Assembly (NCBI GenBank): GCA_964016885.1
Contig: OZ024749.1
Span: 11,346,001 to 11,410,000, forward strand
Length of the DNA stretch: 64,000 bases
Direction of reading: 5' to 3'
DNA from: Eledone cirrhosa
Taxonomy: Eukaryota
The notes below the pieces were generated by a model. The model was not told where the DNA came from. It did no database searches and worked only from the letters and a program-made list of their open reading frames with translations. Made by a program: the position numbers and the translations under genes. Position 1 is the stretch's first letter. Every line of letters begins with the position of its first letter. This document shows, one piece after another, positions 27,621-40,020 of this stretch.

Positions 27621-30475
27621 TCAAGGATCAATTTCCCCCTCGTCCCTCTGCATATGAAAGTCTGCCGTCCAGGTCGGTGGTCTACGACTTTGTTGCGATC
27701 TTCGTAGTATTGGGGCAGGGCTCTGGGTTTCCACCTCATCTTGGGTTTCCTCTTCCTCGGAGTCCGTCGATACAGTGATTCTTCTTACATCCAGGACATG
27801 ACGTGGTACCCCGTCCACGGACACATTGTTCTTTGAATTTACGGCCGTCACCGTTCCCCTTCCCCATTGAGATGTGCACCGTGCATCTGGGGGCTTAACC
27901 CAGACTTCTTCGCCCACCTGCACGAATGCACTCTCTCTCCCCACTGGCCGTTGTGGTGGCGTGCACGGGTGCCGCCACTCGTATTTGAATACTGCTCTGT
28001 GTGGCACCGATTCCTCGACCTGTCCAACCCGAGGGGACATATTGTACCAGAACACTGCCTCCATTGGTGAGATATGGCCCCGCTCCGCCATTGCCTTGAT
28101 CGTCCGGTGGTGTCGCTCCACGATTCCATTCCCGCTCGGCCTGTGCGCCGCTCTGAAGAAACGGTCCACCTTCCATCCATCGAGCATCCCCCTCAGTGCC
28201 TCTGAGCGGAACGCTGCGCTGTTGTCCATCAGCAGTTCATCCACAGGGCCCCGCTCCAAGAACACCTCTCTCAACGTCTGCACGATTTCCTCGGCTGTTC
28301 CAGTCTTCATCTCCCTCCATATCGCCATTCGACCCGGTCCACAGTCGACCATCGAGAGGTACGTTCCCTGCCGGTAGTGCGTCACATCCACCGCTAATCA
28401 CATCCACCGGGAGGCTTCCCGTTTCGTGCACACCCGGGGTTGGATCAATGGACTGACATCGGACGCAGCCTCTAACCACCCCCCGAACACTGTGTCTGCT
28501 AACGTCCGAGTCGATTCTCCTGGCTAGGAACAGGCTCCTATCCACCCCCATGTGGTGCATGTCATGCAACCCCTTCAGGTCTAACTCGGTCAGCCGACAC
28601 ACGGCAGCTATCTCATCCTCTACCTCCTCCAGCGCTTCCATCCAGGCTTTCTTCACTCTAGTTAAGATGTCCGCCCTATTTTTCTCTGAAGGCACGAACA
28701 CTACGCTCAGCTTCAGGTCGAACTCGGTGGCCAGCTCTCCTAACGTTCCCAGGCGGCGCTTTATCAGCATCTCCGCCATGCCTCTCTTCTCACTGGTGAG
28801 CACTGATCTTACCCATCCGAGTACGGTAGCCGAGTCGGTGCGTATCTCGATGGTGCGCAGCCCCCACCGCAGGGCGAGGTTCACCCCTCTCAACACCGCG
28901 TCCAGCTCGGCTACATTGATGTGGCTGCAGTCATCCTTCTTTCTAAGCCAGGCTGCATCCTCGACCTCAACACCTCCTATCTCCAACGTGACACCCAGCG
29001 CTATGCTGCTGGCATCGCACCATACGGTCCCGCTCCGTGATTTGGGAACGTACCAGCGTCCCTGCACTGGGTCGTCGGCCTTCACCCTCCCCACGATCTC
29101 CTGCATCATGGCCACCGTTCTCTCTCCCACTCTGTCACTCCAAGTCACCCCTCCCGCTCGTCTCTTGACATAGCTGCATGCCGTCCGGAGCCACCCAGCG
29201 ATCGGGTAGTGACCCACCAGCTTTCCACACACCGAGAAAAGCTCCCGCCTATTCATACTTGGGCCCAGTTCCGGAACTTCGTTTCCCCTCTGGAACACCA
29301 AAACGCCCATCTTATCTCGCCGTAGCCTAAGTCCCAGCGCGGCTCCTCCCTCCAATGCTTCTGATGGCTTCGCAGTCAGTCCATACCTCCGCAAATGGCT
29401 CGTGACCTCCGCCGTCGACACCACCGACTCGTCCACTAGGATGTCGTCAATGTAGGAGTTAGTAGCCCTCTTTATCTTGTCGGCCCTCCCCAGAGTGGTC
29501 TTGAGGACCGCCGCCATGATCTTCGGTGCGGAGCTCAGCCCGAAACCGAGCCTGGTCAGGCAATATGTCCAGCCCTTATACCTGACCAGCTTATACCGCC
29601 AGAGCTTCTCATCTATATGCAACTGCAAGTAAGCCGACTTTAGATCCACGATCGCTGAACCCCCCCGTCATGCGTCTCCACTCACGCAGGGTTTCCCCAC
29701 AGACATCCGTGACCTCGCCACCCGTGTGGCATGACACGTGCTCGTTCAGCTCTCGGTAGTCCAGCACCAGCCTCACCTTGCTCTTCGTGGGTTGCACCAC
29801 CGCCATCAACGGCAATACTCCGCACTTCACCTCCTCCTTCCAGGGAAGCAGTTTGCCCTCTTCGATCCATCTCTCTACTTCTCGCTCGAACTCGCCCCTA
29901 GCGTTTCCCTTCAATGTGTGTTGATAGCAGCCCACTTTGGTCTTCAGTGTTGGTGGTTCTCCCTTCCAGTATCACTCAACAACCCATCGCTGCCCATCAA
30001 ACACGGCCTTGAAGTCCTTGTCCTGTACAGTGTAAGCGGGGTATTGCCCCTCGTGGGCCTTCTGGTTCTCATGACGTGCACTCACAGCGCATACCGATGC
30101 AGCGGCACCAAACGGCACACCGACATTGTTCACCATGATGCCCCCTAGACGGCCAATCGCGTCCATGCCCATAACCACGCCGATCCCATCCACCACACTG
30201 TCTACCACGATGGCGGAAAGCCTTATCGTCCTTCCCCGTACCGCTATTTCCATCTCGCTGCGACCTCGGCATTCAATTTTCCTGCCGTCCACTGCCCTTA
30301 CGCTGCTCTTCCCTCCCCACCTCTGCGCTACCCCCGCGGTCACCAGTGTCGTCGTACAGCCCGTATCCACGAGGGCTCGCTGTGGCTTCCCCCTCACGAA
30401 GACTTCCACCACCGGCAGCGCCGCTACTCGTAAGGGGAAACTACCGGCGCAGTAGTTCCCCTTGGACCGTTTCCC
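27621..30475 (-). pseudogene. pol: pol (protease, RT, RNase H, integrase) with one stop and two frameshifts
   Basis: LVDTGC; DLKSAYLQ, GFGLSSAP, YIDD; CDAS...HINVAEL...TDS; HDMHH...CVRC; DVTH...MDN...GNGIVERHHRT. Lesions at ~29972, ~29655 and ~28395. Confidence 0.9.
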
Positions 30476-31167
30476 TGGTCGCAGTTAGTAGCGATGTGGC
30501 CTGGTCGCTTATACCGGTAGCAGATTATATCCGGCTTCGACTCTCTACAGTCTCTAGCCATATGCGGGCCCTGACACCTAAAACAGCGGCCCTTAAATTC
30601 TCGCGAACGGCCGCGTGCCGAGGTTGCCTCCCTTTGACCATTTCGCTGCCAGGTGTCCTGAGCCTCCGTAGTCGCTATCGCCGCGACACTCTTTTTGGCA
30701 TCTTCCGCTATGATCCGGGCTTGTTCCACCAGTGAACGCATTTCCATCTCCTTGTACCCCGGGACTTGCTGCAGTTTCACCGCTATGTCGTCCGGAAATC
30801 CATTGATGAATGCCAACCGCACCGTGCGTTCGCATTCTGCCTGGTAGCCCGCCAACATAGCCAACCGCCTTATTTCCGCTGCGAAAATGTCGACGCGCTC
30901 ACCATTCCACCTGATTCTCGCCAGCTTAGCAAAAGCCGCCAACGGTCCCTCGGCGAATGCATCCATCAGACGCCTCTCAATCTTCTGCACATCTCTTTGG
31001 CTGTGTTCGTCCAACTCAAGGAAGAGTACCAACGCGTCGCCCTCGAGGTACAATGCAATGAGACCGGCCACGTCTTCTATCTTCTGCAAGCCCGCGACCA
31101 GCCGAACCTTCCGCAGCCAAGCGACAACATCACCTTCCCCGGTGAATGGCCTGATAGCTTCGTTCAT
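30424..31167 (-). CDS. gag: gag-like ORF, 247 aa, two zinc knuckles (second degenerate)
   Basis: CFRCQGPHMARDC and CYRYKRPGHIATNC; open ORF directly after the 5' LTR leader. Confidence 0.88.
   Translation of the reverse strand: MNEAIRPFTGEGDVVAWLRKVRLVAGLQKIEDVAGLIALYLEGDALVLFLELDEHSQRDVQKIERRLMDAFAEGPLAAFAKLARIRWNGERVDIFAAEIRRLAMLAGYQAECERTVRLAFINGFPDDIAVKLQQVPGYKEMEMRSLVEQARIIAEDAKKSVAAIATTEAQDTWQRNGQREATSARGRSREFKGRCFRCQGPHMARDCRESKPDIICYRYKRPGHIATNCDQGNGPRGTTAPVVSPYE
30431..30475 (-). promoter_or_regulatory. -1 programmed ribosomal frameshift signal
   Basis: In-phase G_GGA_AAC, 5-nt spacer, then hairpin AAGGGGAACTACT-GCGCC-GGTAGTTTCCCCTT; the -1 frame reads straight into the protease ORF. 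Confidence 0.8.
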
Positions 31168-31247
31168 CCGTAGTCTTGTCGTCGTCTTCTGATTTGTTTT
31201 GCGGCAAGTGTTTTCTTTTTTTTTTTTTTTCAGTCGCCGAAATAGCT

Positions 31248-31499
31248 TGTGGTTAGAAAAAGCTATCTCACTTACCGCTTTTCACAGGCGCCGCTAACTT
31301 CCACTGCAGGTACTCCTCTTCCACGTGCGTCCGACTGCTTAAAACCGGGAGCTGCCCAAAACGCGTCCTCACCATATGCTGGTCACCACTAGAGAGAGGC
31401 CCTCTCCTGGCCCTTCCGGTCGAGCATCTTTCCGGTCAAAAAGACCCCTTCCGGTCGAGCACTCCGCCCCCGGCCACCGCACGCCACACCATACCCACA
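31248..31499 (-). repeat. 5' LTR
   Basis: Pairs with 27344-27607. Confidence 0.95.
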
Positions 31500-33366
31500 T
31501 AGGAGGTTTGCTAATGTTCTGCGACGGGAAGATCAGAGGCGTGCGGTGTTCCACATTGCAAGGTAGTGTGTCAATGCAAATCAGGATGTTGTTGGAGATA
31601 AATGTGTCCGGAATGATGCCGGTGTACTTAGTGTCACGAATGACCAGAAAAAAGAGGCCTGGAAATGTCATTATGAGAGACTGATGAATGTGGAGAACAA
31701 ATGGAAGAGAGAGAAATTACCCTCAGTATATCTGACAGAGGGACCAGCTATTGAGATTGACGAATATAGGGTCCAAGAGGCGATTAAGGAAATGAAAAAT
31801 GGTAAGGCTGCTGGACCATCGAGGATAGTTGCTCAGATATTGAAGGCATCAGGGGACGTAGGCACTAAACTGGTTGCATGCATCATCAATCAGGCTATAT
31901 AAGACTGGTGCAGAAGTATTCTCATAAATTGCTACAAAGGTAAAGGGGATGCTCTGGAGAGGAGCAATTATAGGGGTATAAAACTGATGGATCAGGTTAT
32001 GAAAGTGGCAGAAAGGATATTAGCACAACTAATTAGAGAAAGGGTCAAACTAGATGAGATGCAGTTTGGTTTTGTGCCTGGGAAAAGTACAACAGATGGT
32101 GAGACAATTACAAGAGAGGTTCTTAGAGAAGAATAAACCACTATACTTAGCCTTTGTTGACCTAGAGAAGGCCTTTGATAGGGTACCCCGATCTATCATC
32201 TGGTGGTCCCTAAAGAAACTAGGTGTTGAGGAATGGCTTGTGAGGACAGTGCAAACTTTGTACAGAGGTGCTGTCAGTAAAGTCAGGGTAGGAATGGAGT
32301 TTAGTGAGGAATTCCAGATACAAGTAGGAGTACATCAAGGTTCGGTCCTCAGCCTGCTCTTGTTCATTATAGTCCTCGAAGTCAAAACAGAGGAGTTTAA
32401 GACTGGCTGTCCATGGGAACTTCTCTATGCTGATGATCTGGTTCTTATAGCAGAATCAGTAGAGGAGCTAGAGAATAAATTCTGGCTATGGAAACAGCAG
32501 CTGGAAGCAAGAGGACCGAGAGTGAACCTAACTAAGACAAAAGTGTTGATGAGTAGAAAAGAGGACAAAACTCTGATTCCGTCAGGGAAATGGCCATGTT
32601 CGATATGCAGAAAAGGAACTGGCATAATTTCTACAAAATGCACACAATGCAGATCCTTGGTACACAAGAGATGTAGTGGGATAGCAGGCAAACTAACAGG
32701 TAGGGAGAAATACGTATGCAGTAGATGTACAGGGAAATTAGACAGTAGAAGTCGCATTGATAGACACATTTTTCAAATGCAGGCAGGTGCTATAGAAGTG
32801 GTGGATAGCTTCCGGTACCTAGGAGATCAGATTAAGCATGGGAGGGGGGTCTTCTGAGGCCATAGTATCTATAATAAGGATGGGTTGGAAGAAGTTTAGG
32901 GAGCTGCTGACGAAGAAGGGTTTCTCCCTGCATTCGAAAGGCCGGTTATATGATGCCTGTGTGAGGAGCGTGATGCTTCATGGTAGTGAGACATGGGCAG
33001 CAACTGCAGAGGATATGCGACGGCTGGAGAGAAATGAGGCAAGCATGAATGTGTTGAGAGAGAAACTGTGTCTGAGAGGGATAGAATGTAGTGTGCGAGA
33101 GAGGAGACTGAGGTGGTATGGACATGTGATGCGCATGGAGAATGACCGATGGGTGAAGAAGTGCCAAGAAATGCCAGTTGAAGGAAGACGTGGTAGAGGT
33201 AGACCATGAAAAACATGGGCAGAGGTGGTGAGAACAGACCTCAGATCGCTGAAGCTCACGGTGGAGATGACGAAGGACCGTGACAAGTGGAGAGATGCTG
33301 TGCTGAATAAGACCCATCCCACCCTTGCAAGCAGGGAAAAGCAGATGTAAAATGATAATGATGATA

Positions 33367-34030
33367 CTAGATGAGGTACCCGGCTTCGCCCAGGTGAACA
33401 TTTGATAAGAGAGAGAAGACAGGTAGCAGAGAAAACGACTGTATTGGATGCGTTGTCTGATTTACAGTATGAGGAGAGACCGTGGTGTGTGTGACAAAAA
33501 AAGTTTAAAACTTCCAGATACACCAGCTTCTTTGTTTTTTCATTCGTGCATAGTATATGAAGATTTCTAGATGTTCCCACTCGTGAACAACCTACATATA
33601 ACTGTCCATGGGTAAACACTGATTCTTTCAATTAAATCCTACAACTTTGAGACTCTGACCCTGAGCTTTGTTTATGGTCATAGCAAAACTGGCTCTAACA
33701 GGGAACTGAAATCTTGAGAATTGGAATGGCAGCTCAGTAGAAGAAGGGATAAGTGGAATCTTTGGAATAAATGCATCTTCGCCTTGATGATTACCTCCAA
33801 GAATGAGAGAAGAAAAAAATGTTATACACAATGCTATACACAATGTTTGTTCTTAAATAGTGTTTGTAATAGATAATGTTCATAATAAATAATGTTCTTC
33901 GTGACATGAGCACATGGTCACTAAAAATTGCAATTGTTCAAACAGAAAGTTAATTGTATTTGAAACTGGAAATAGTAAACACAAGAAAAATGGAAATGTT
34001 TTACAAGAAGAATGATTAAGAAACTCACTT
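33367..34030 (-). mobile_element. Helitron 3' end (PIF1-like helicase C-terminus, hairpin, CTAG)
   Basis: QFPVRASFAMTINKAQGQSL and FTHGQLYVGCSRV; hairpin CCTGGGCGAAGCCGGG followed by CTAG|T. Confidence 0.9.
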
Positions 34031-34034
34031 GAGG

Positions 34035-36858
34035 TTAACGGTAATTCACATATTGTGCCAACTTGGCGGGCCAATGGACACGTCGTCCACTTCTCGTGAC
34101 TGGGGATGAAACAGGTGGCTTTCTGGGACAGCAATCTGTTGGAGTTTCTGGTGTAGAGACTGTAACAGTATCCATGATGGCTTTTTTTAATCTGTCCACA
34201 CTGACAGAATTCTGTTTACCATCTAGATCGAGAATAAAATATTTTGGATATTTTTTTAGAACACGATAAGGGCCAGAATATGGAGGTCGAAGATGAGCTG
34301 AGATGGTGTCGTTTCGAACGAAAACATATGTCCAATCTTTAATGTCTGAAGGTATGTGTGTGGCCGTGTTCTGTTGATGGGTGCTTGCAGGAGCAAGGTG
34401 AGACATATATTGTCGAAGACGGTGTACGTATGATCCTGGGTCTGGAACATCCTGAGGAGAGATGGGAGCAACCATCTGACCAGGTAGAACCAGGGTGGTG
34501 CCGTACACTAATTCTGCAGGTGTGTGTCCGAATTCCTCCTTAACGGTGGATCGAATGCCCAGAAGGATGAGTGGCAGGTATTCAAACCAGTGTGTCTTGT
34601 CTGGATATGCTTTTATTGCAGCTTTCAATTGGTGATGGAATCTTTCCACGAGACCATTAGCTTGCGGGTGATAAGCTGTCGTGTGGATGTTTTTACATCC
34701 TAACAGGCGAGTCAGTTCCCTGAAGAGGTGGGAGTCAAACTGGCGTCCTCTGTCCATTGTTATCTTTGCTGGGGCGCCATAACGTGATACCCAGTGTAAA
34801 ACCAAAGTTTTAGCGACTGTTTCTGCTGAGGTATCACTTATTGGAAAAGCATCAGGCCGACGGGAGAAACGATCTATGCAGGTGAGCAAGCGTGTGCAGT
34901 TCTGTGATGGTGGTAGAGGTTCGACGATGTCGATATGCACATGATGAAAACGTGCATCAGGTTGCGCGAATGTGCCGAGTAGAGTTTTGATGTGTCTGTG
35001 GACTTTGGCTTTCTGGCAGGCAATGCAGCTCCTGGACCAGTCGCGCATGTCCTTGTTAATGTTAGTCCACACAAAACGAGCAGAGATGAGTTTCTGTGTA
35101 GCCCGGATTCCCGGGTGAGACAAGCAGTGTAACGCAGAAAAAACTTGTCGACGATGCATCTGTGGTACATACGGTTGTTCATGACCTGTAGAAAGGTCGC
35201 ACCAAATTTGTCCCGGAGAAGAAGGAATGGGAACTTGCTGAAACTTGAGGGATGGCGAATCTCAGAGCTTGATAAACTTATAACAAGACACTGGGTTGTA
35301 TGTACAGTATTTATTTAACAAGGTTGAGCTATGTAGAGCAGAATAGTTGACATGCCAAGAGAGATGAAAGGATGAATTAAAGTTAGTTGTTTACCGTTTT
35401 GAAGTCAGCGCGCAAGAGACCAAGAGGTCTTTACATTACTATGTTCCGGTTGCCAGAGAGTATACCCTCGGCAGAACGCGCCTGGCCGAAGGGCCAGGCA
35501 GGTTAAAAGAGAGCTTTCGGCTCTCTCCTTTATAGTTCTCTCAGACGGAAGTCCCTAAGAAGGTTCTGCAACCTCAACGGGAAGTAACTCCAGCTACTTC
35601 CTGTCTTGAGAGTGCTACAAACGCTTCGTCAGTCTCTTGATCAGCTGCGATCTGTTGAAGGTCGATGCCTGAATGCACATGTATTGCATTCAGCTGCATT
35701 CGGGACAGGGCGTCGGCTGCTACGTTGTCTGATCCCTTGATATGCCGAATATCAGTTGAATATTGGGAGACAAAATCCAGGTGTCAGAGTTCTCTCGGTG
35801 AATGTCGATCAGGTTTGGTACAGAACGCATAAACTAGTGGTTTATGGTCCGTGTAGATCATGAAATCCGATCCTTCGAGCACATGCCAAAAATGTTTAAC
35901 TGAAAGATAGGTTGCCAAGAGTTCGCGGCCAAACGTACTGTATTTCGTTTCTGCAGGTTGCAACCGCTTAGAAAAGAAGGATAAGGGTTGCCACACGCCG
36001 TTGACATGTTGTTGTAGAACGCCTCCAACCCCCGTGTCTGATGCGTCCACTAGCAGCGAAAGAGGAGCGCCAGACCTGGGGAAAACGAGCATAGAAGTGT
36101 TTGCCAACATTTCCTTCAGGCGGTTAAAAGATGTTAATTCTTCCTCGTTTAGAGTGATCTCTTCGTTTTTGCGAGTCTGGTTGTGAAGAAGGTCCGTGAG
36201 GAGTCTGGCTGCGTCGGCGTAATGAGGGATGAACCGCCTATAAAAATTCACCAAACCGAGGAATTCACGCAGTTTCCGAAATGATGTAGGTGCTGGAAAA
36301 TTGCAGATAGCTTCTACTTTCTCGGGAAGTGGACGAATGCCGTTTTTATCAATGATGTGCCCGAGAAAGGACAGTGAAGGAACACCGAGAAGGCACTTGC
36401 TGGGGTTGATGATAATACTGTACTCGGCCAAACATTGGAAAAGGAGATCTACGTGCTTCTCGTGTTCTTGCTCGGAAGTACATGCTACCAGCACGTCGTC
36501 GATATACGCATATACGAAGGGTAGATCATGTAACACGGTGTCGATAAACCGCTGAAAAGTTTGTGCAGCGTTGCACAGACCGAACGGCATTCGCAGGAAT
36601 TCAAATAAACCGAACGGTGTTGTGATTACGGTCTTTGGAATATCTGCAGGCTCCATAGGTATCTGGTTATATGCACGCACCAAATCTATCTTGGAAAAGA
36701 TGCGTGCGCCTTGCAGAGAGGCAGAAAAGTCGTGCAAGTGAGGTACAGGGTAATTATTGGGTACTGTAGAATTGTTAAGTGCACGATAATCCCCACATGG
36801 TCGCCAATCATTCTCGGCTTTTTTAGGAACAAGGTGTAGGGGTGCAGACCAGTTGCTG
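34035..36858 (-). mobile_element. pol: Gypsy/Ty3 pol fragment (RT-RH-IN) without its own LTRs
   Basis: [40 protein letters not shown]; H..SHPG...[16 protein letters not shown]. Confidence 0.92.
35279..35619 (-). mobile_element. Solo LTR inserted between RNase H and integrase
   Basis: TATAACA...TGCTACA termini; imperfect 4-bp TSD AACT/AACG; removal restores the pol frame; TATAAA and AATAAA on the minus strand. Confidence 0.7.
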
Positions 36859-36997
36859 GAGGAAGGGCGAATATATATATATCATCATCATCATCATCAT
36901 CATTTTACGTCTGCTTTTCCCTGCTTGCAAGGGTGGGACAATATATATGTATATATATATATATATGTATATATATTTATATATTTATATATATATT

Positions 36998-37047
<50 letters not shown>

Positions 37048-37052
37048 TATAC

Positions 37053-37094
<42 letters not shown>

Positions 37095-37363
37095 AAAAGT
37101 TCTATTTAAATTGTTGGGATACAACAAGCAAATATTTTTATAACTGATATAAAGCACTCAACAAATAATTGGAGTAAAAATACGATATTAACAAATGGAA
37201 ACTATATTTATCAAACCATATTTATTTCATTATACATATTTCAAGGACACCAAGTTAAATTATGGTGTGCTTTCATCAAATAAAATATAATATAGAGCAG
37301 TTTTATAAATAAATATTGCCATACCCTTAAAGAATGTAACCATTACTGTTGGAAGCTCCCATG

Positions 37364-37398
<35 letters not shown>

Positions 37399-37532
37399 TC
37401 ATCATCATCATCATCCTCATCATTTTACGTCCGCTTTTTCCTGCTTGCAAGGGTGGGACAATATATATGTATATATATATGTAAGCAAGCGTGGAAGATG
37501 GACGTTAAACGATGATGATGATATATGTATAT

Positions 37533-37862
37533 ATGGCTTAGTGGTTAGAGCATTGGCCTTGCAATCGAAAGGTTGTGATCAGACCGGGTGATGTGTTGTT
37601 TCCTTGAGCAAGACACTTTATTTCACATTGCTCCAGTTTACTCAGCTGTAGAAATGAGATGATAGGGACTGGGGTCCCTATCATTCCACTGCAAAGTGGT
37701 TGTGGAGGTGCCATGACAAAAAGCACCCAGCACTCACTGTAAATGAGGTTGGTGTTAGGAAGGGCATCCAGCTGTAGAAATCAAGCCAGAATCAGTTCCC
37801 GTCCCACCCTTGCAAGCAGGGAAAAAGCGGACGTAAAATGAAATGATGATGATGATGATGAT
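37533..37862 (+). mobile_element. CORE-type SINE
   Basis: Near-identical to 598-927, with the B-box region deleted. Confidence 0.88.
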
Positions 37863-37979
37863 ATATATATATATATATATATGTAAGCGCGGAAGATGGA
37901 CGTTAAACGATGATGAAGATGATGATATATCTATATATGTATATATATAGTTATGTAATAAACAACATAAGGCAATTAT

Positions 37980-38037
37980 TCCATTTACCAGTGGTTTCTT
38001 AAAAGCAAAAAATTTTGCTTTCAATCATCAGAATGAA
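37980..38037 (-). ncRNA. Type I hammerhead ribozyme, family A, GUA site
   Basis: TTCATT-CTGATGA-12-bp helix II-GAAA-CCACTGG-TA-AATGGA. Confidence 0.85.
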
Positions 38038-38148
38038 AAAATCCTAGTCTGTTTATTGAATTTAGATTTTAAAAACAAAAATGCAATCTATATGAAAGTG
38101 AGGCTGGAGAAAGAAGAAGGAAAGGAAAAATAAAATAAAAACACACAT

Positions 38149-38187
<39 letters not shown>

Positions 38188-38190
38188 CAT

Positions 38191-38223
<33 letters not shown>

Positions 38224-38386
38224 CATACACTCATACATACACACACACATATACACATATATATGTGTATATAAATACACACATACACATACATATACAC
38301 ATACATACATACGCACATAAATATCAACACATCCATACATACACATACATATATACAACCACACACACATATATATATAGAAATAG

Positions 38387-38431
<45 letters not shown>

Positions 38432-39020
38432 TACACATACACATACATAGCCATAGACACATACATATACATACATACATACATGCACACAATCATACCT
38501 ATATACACACGTACATACATACACATACATAAATGCATACATATGCATGTACAAATATAGAAAAATACACACACCTTTACATATTCACACACGCAAATAA
38601 ATATAAGAAAATATATATATATAAAAAATAAAATAATAAAGACTATTATACAGTTGACAGCAATACAAGTGACGAATAAATGAACAAACACGCGTTGTAA
38701 GCAATACACACAAATGCACGAAAAAGTAAATACATACACACACTCTCACACGTAAATATACATATACAAATACATAAACACATACATACGCATACACAAA
38801 TACATACACAAACACACACACACACACACACATATACATATATACACACACACATACATACACACACATATATATATATACATATATATATATATAAATA
38901 CACACACACACATACACACATATACATATATATATGCATACACACACACATACATACATAGCTATACAATTATACACATACAAATACGTACATATCACAA
39001 ACACGCACAACCAAATACAA

Positions 39021-39104
<84 letters not shown>

Positions 39105-39201
39105 AAAAATCAATCTTAGATAATTCAAATGAACCTTATATAACTCCAAAATATACATATACATATATATAGTAATGTAATAAACAACATAAGGCAATTA
39201 T

Positions 39202-39259
39202 TCCATTCACCAGTGGTTTCTTAAAAGCAAAAAATTTTGCCTTCAATCATCAGAATGAA
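39202..39259 (-). ncRNA. Hammerhead family A copy with a GUG (non-NUH) site
   Basis: Same fold, but the cleavage base is G. Confidence 0.75.
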
Positions 39260-39520
39260 AAAAACCTGGTCTATCTACATATATATATATATATATACAC
39301 ACATATATAAATATATATATATATATACATACACATACATACACATACATTTTGGTATGTGATGGGTAAGGCAAAAAGAATATATGGGGGGGGGGGGTGA
39401 AGAAGACATGGGAAAAGGTGAAATATAAGGGGAGATAAGGGAGAAAAAGAATACAAGAGTACAGAACGTGGATTCAGCAAATAAAAAAACCGTAGTAGAA
39501 GTAAAAAGCAGGGAAGGAGT

Positions 39521-40020
39521 TCAGGGCGGTTGATTTATCATAGGAGTGTCAATCCAGTTACAGATCAGATGTGATTTCAGATGAGGACAACATCTGCAGA
39601 TCTCGGTCTTTGAGTTTAGGCAAGCAGAAGTGGCTCTCATGTTTAGCAAAATCCTATATTTTTCTGTGGTACACAAAGAACAATTCTTTGTGCCCCTTTG
39701 GTACTCCCTCAAATGGTCTAAGGTAGACCAATCGATAGAGTACGGGATGTTACTATCCTTGAATTCCCACACCTTACTTTCGAGGGCCGTTGATGTTCGT
39801 TTATCGGAGTGCTTAAAAGAAGCGACATGTGAGTAAAATCTGGTTTTAAACCTGTCCTGGGTCATGCCGACATATCGCTCACTCCTGGCTGACTGGTTGT
39901 TGATTAACGGTGTTATTTTAGCCTCATAAACAACAGATTTGGTTTTACATTTACCCTGCAATGGGCATTCATCCGGCTTCCTGCAACTGCATCCTGGATT
40001 TGTTCTCGTATGCTTTGAAC
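39521..40020 (-). mobile_element. PLE GIY-YIG endonuclease and ORF C-terminus (5'-truncated)
   Basis: CSCRKPDECPLQGKC, VVYEA...YVGMT...FKTRF..H, IDW, CSLCTTEK, LNSKTE....CPH. Confidence 0.85.

Larger units (their letters stand above)
27344..31499 (-). mobile_element. Full-length compact (4156 bp) LTR retrotransposon, gag-PR-RT-RH-IN order
   Basis: TG...CA LTRs at 27344-27607 and 31248-31499; TSD TAGGA at 27339-27343 and 31500-31504; PPT-like AGGGGGGCG before the 3' LTR; markedly GC-richer than its flanks. Confidence 0.95.
26762..33365 (+). mobile_element. RTE-clade LINE ORF2 pseudogene (APE C-terminus, RT, 3' tail), split by an LTR element at 27344-31499
   Basis: ICNTNFQK...SQIDFLL...QHRLVV; FVDLEKAFDRVP, GVHQGSVLS, LLYADD; the frame rejoins (AESRRFA) once the insertion and one TSD are removed; (ATG)n tail. 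Confidence 0.92.

Noticed and set aside
28550-31192. Long plus-strand ORFs over the LTR element
   Set aside because: They are antisense shadows of GC-rich gag/pol sequence.
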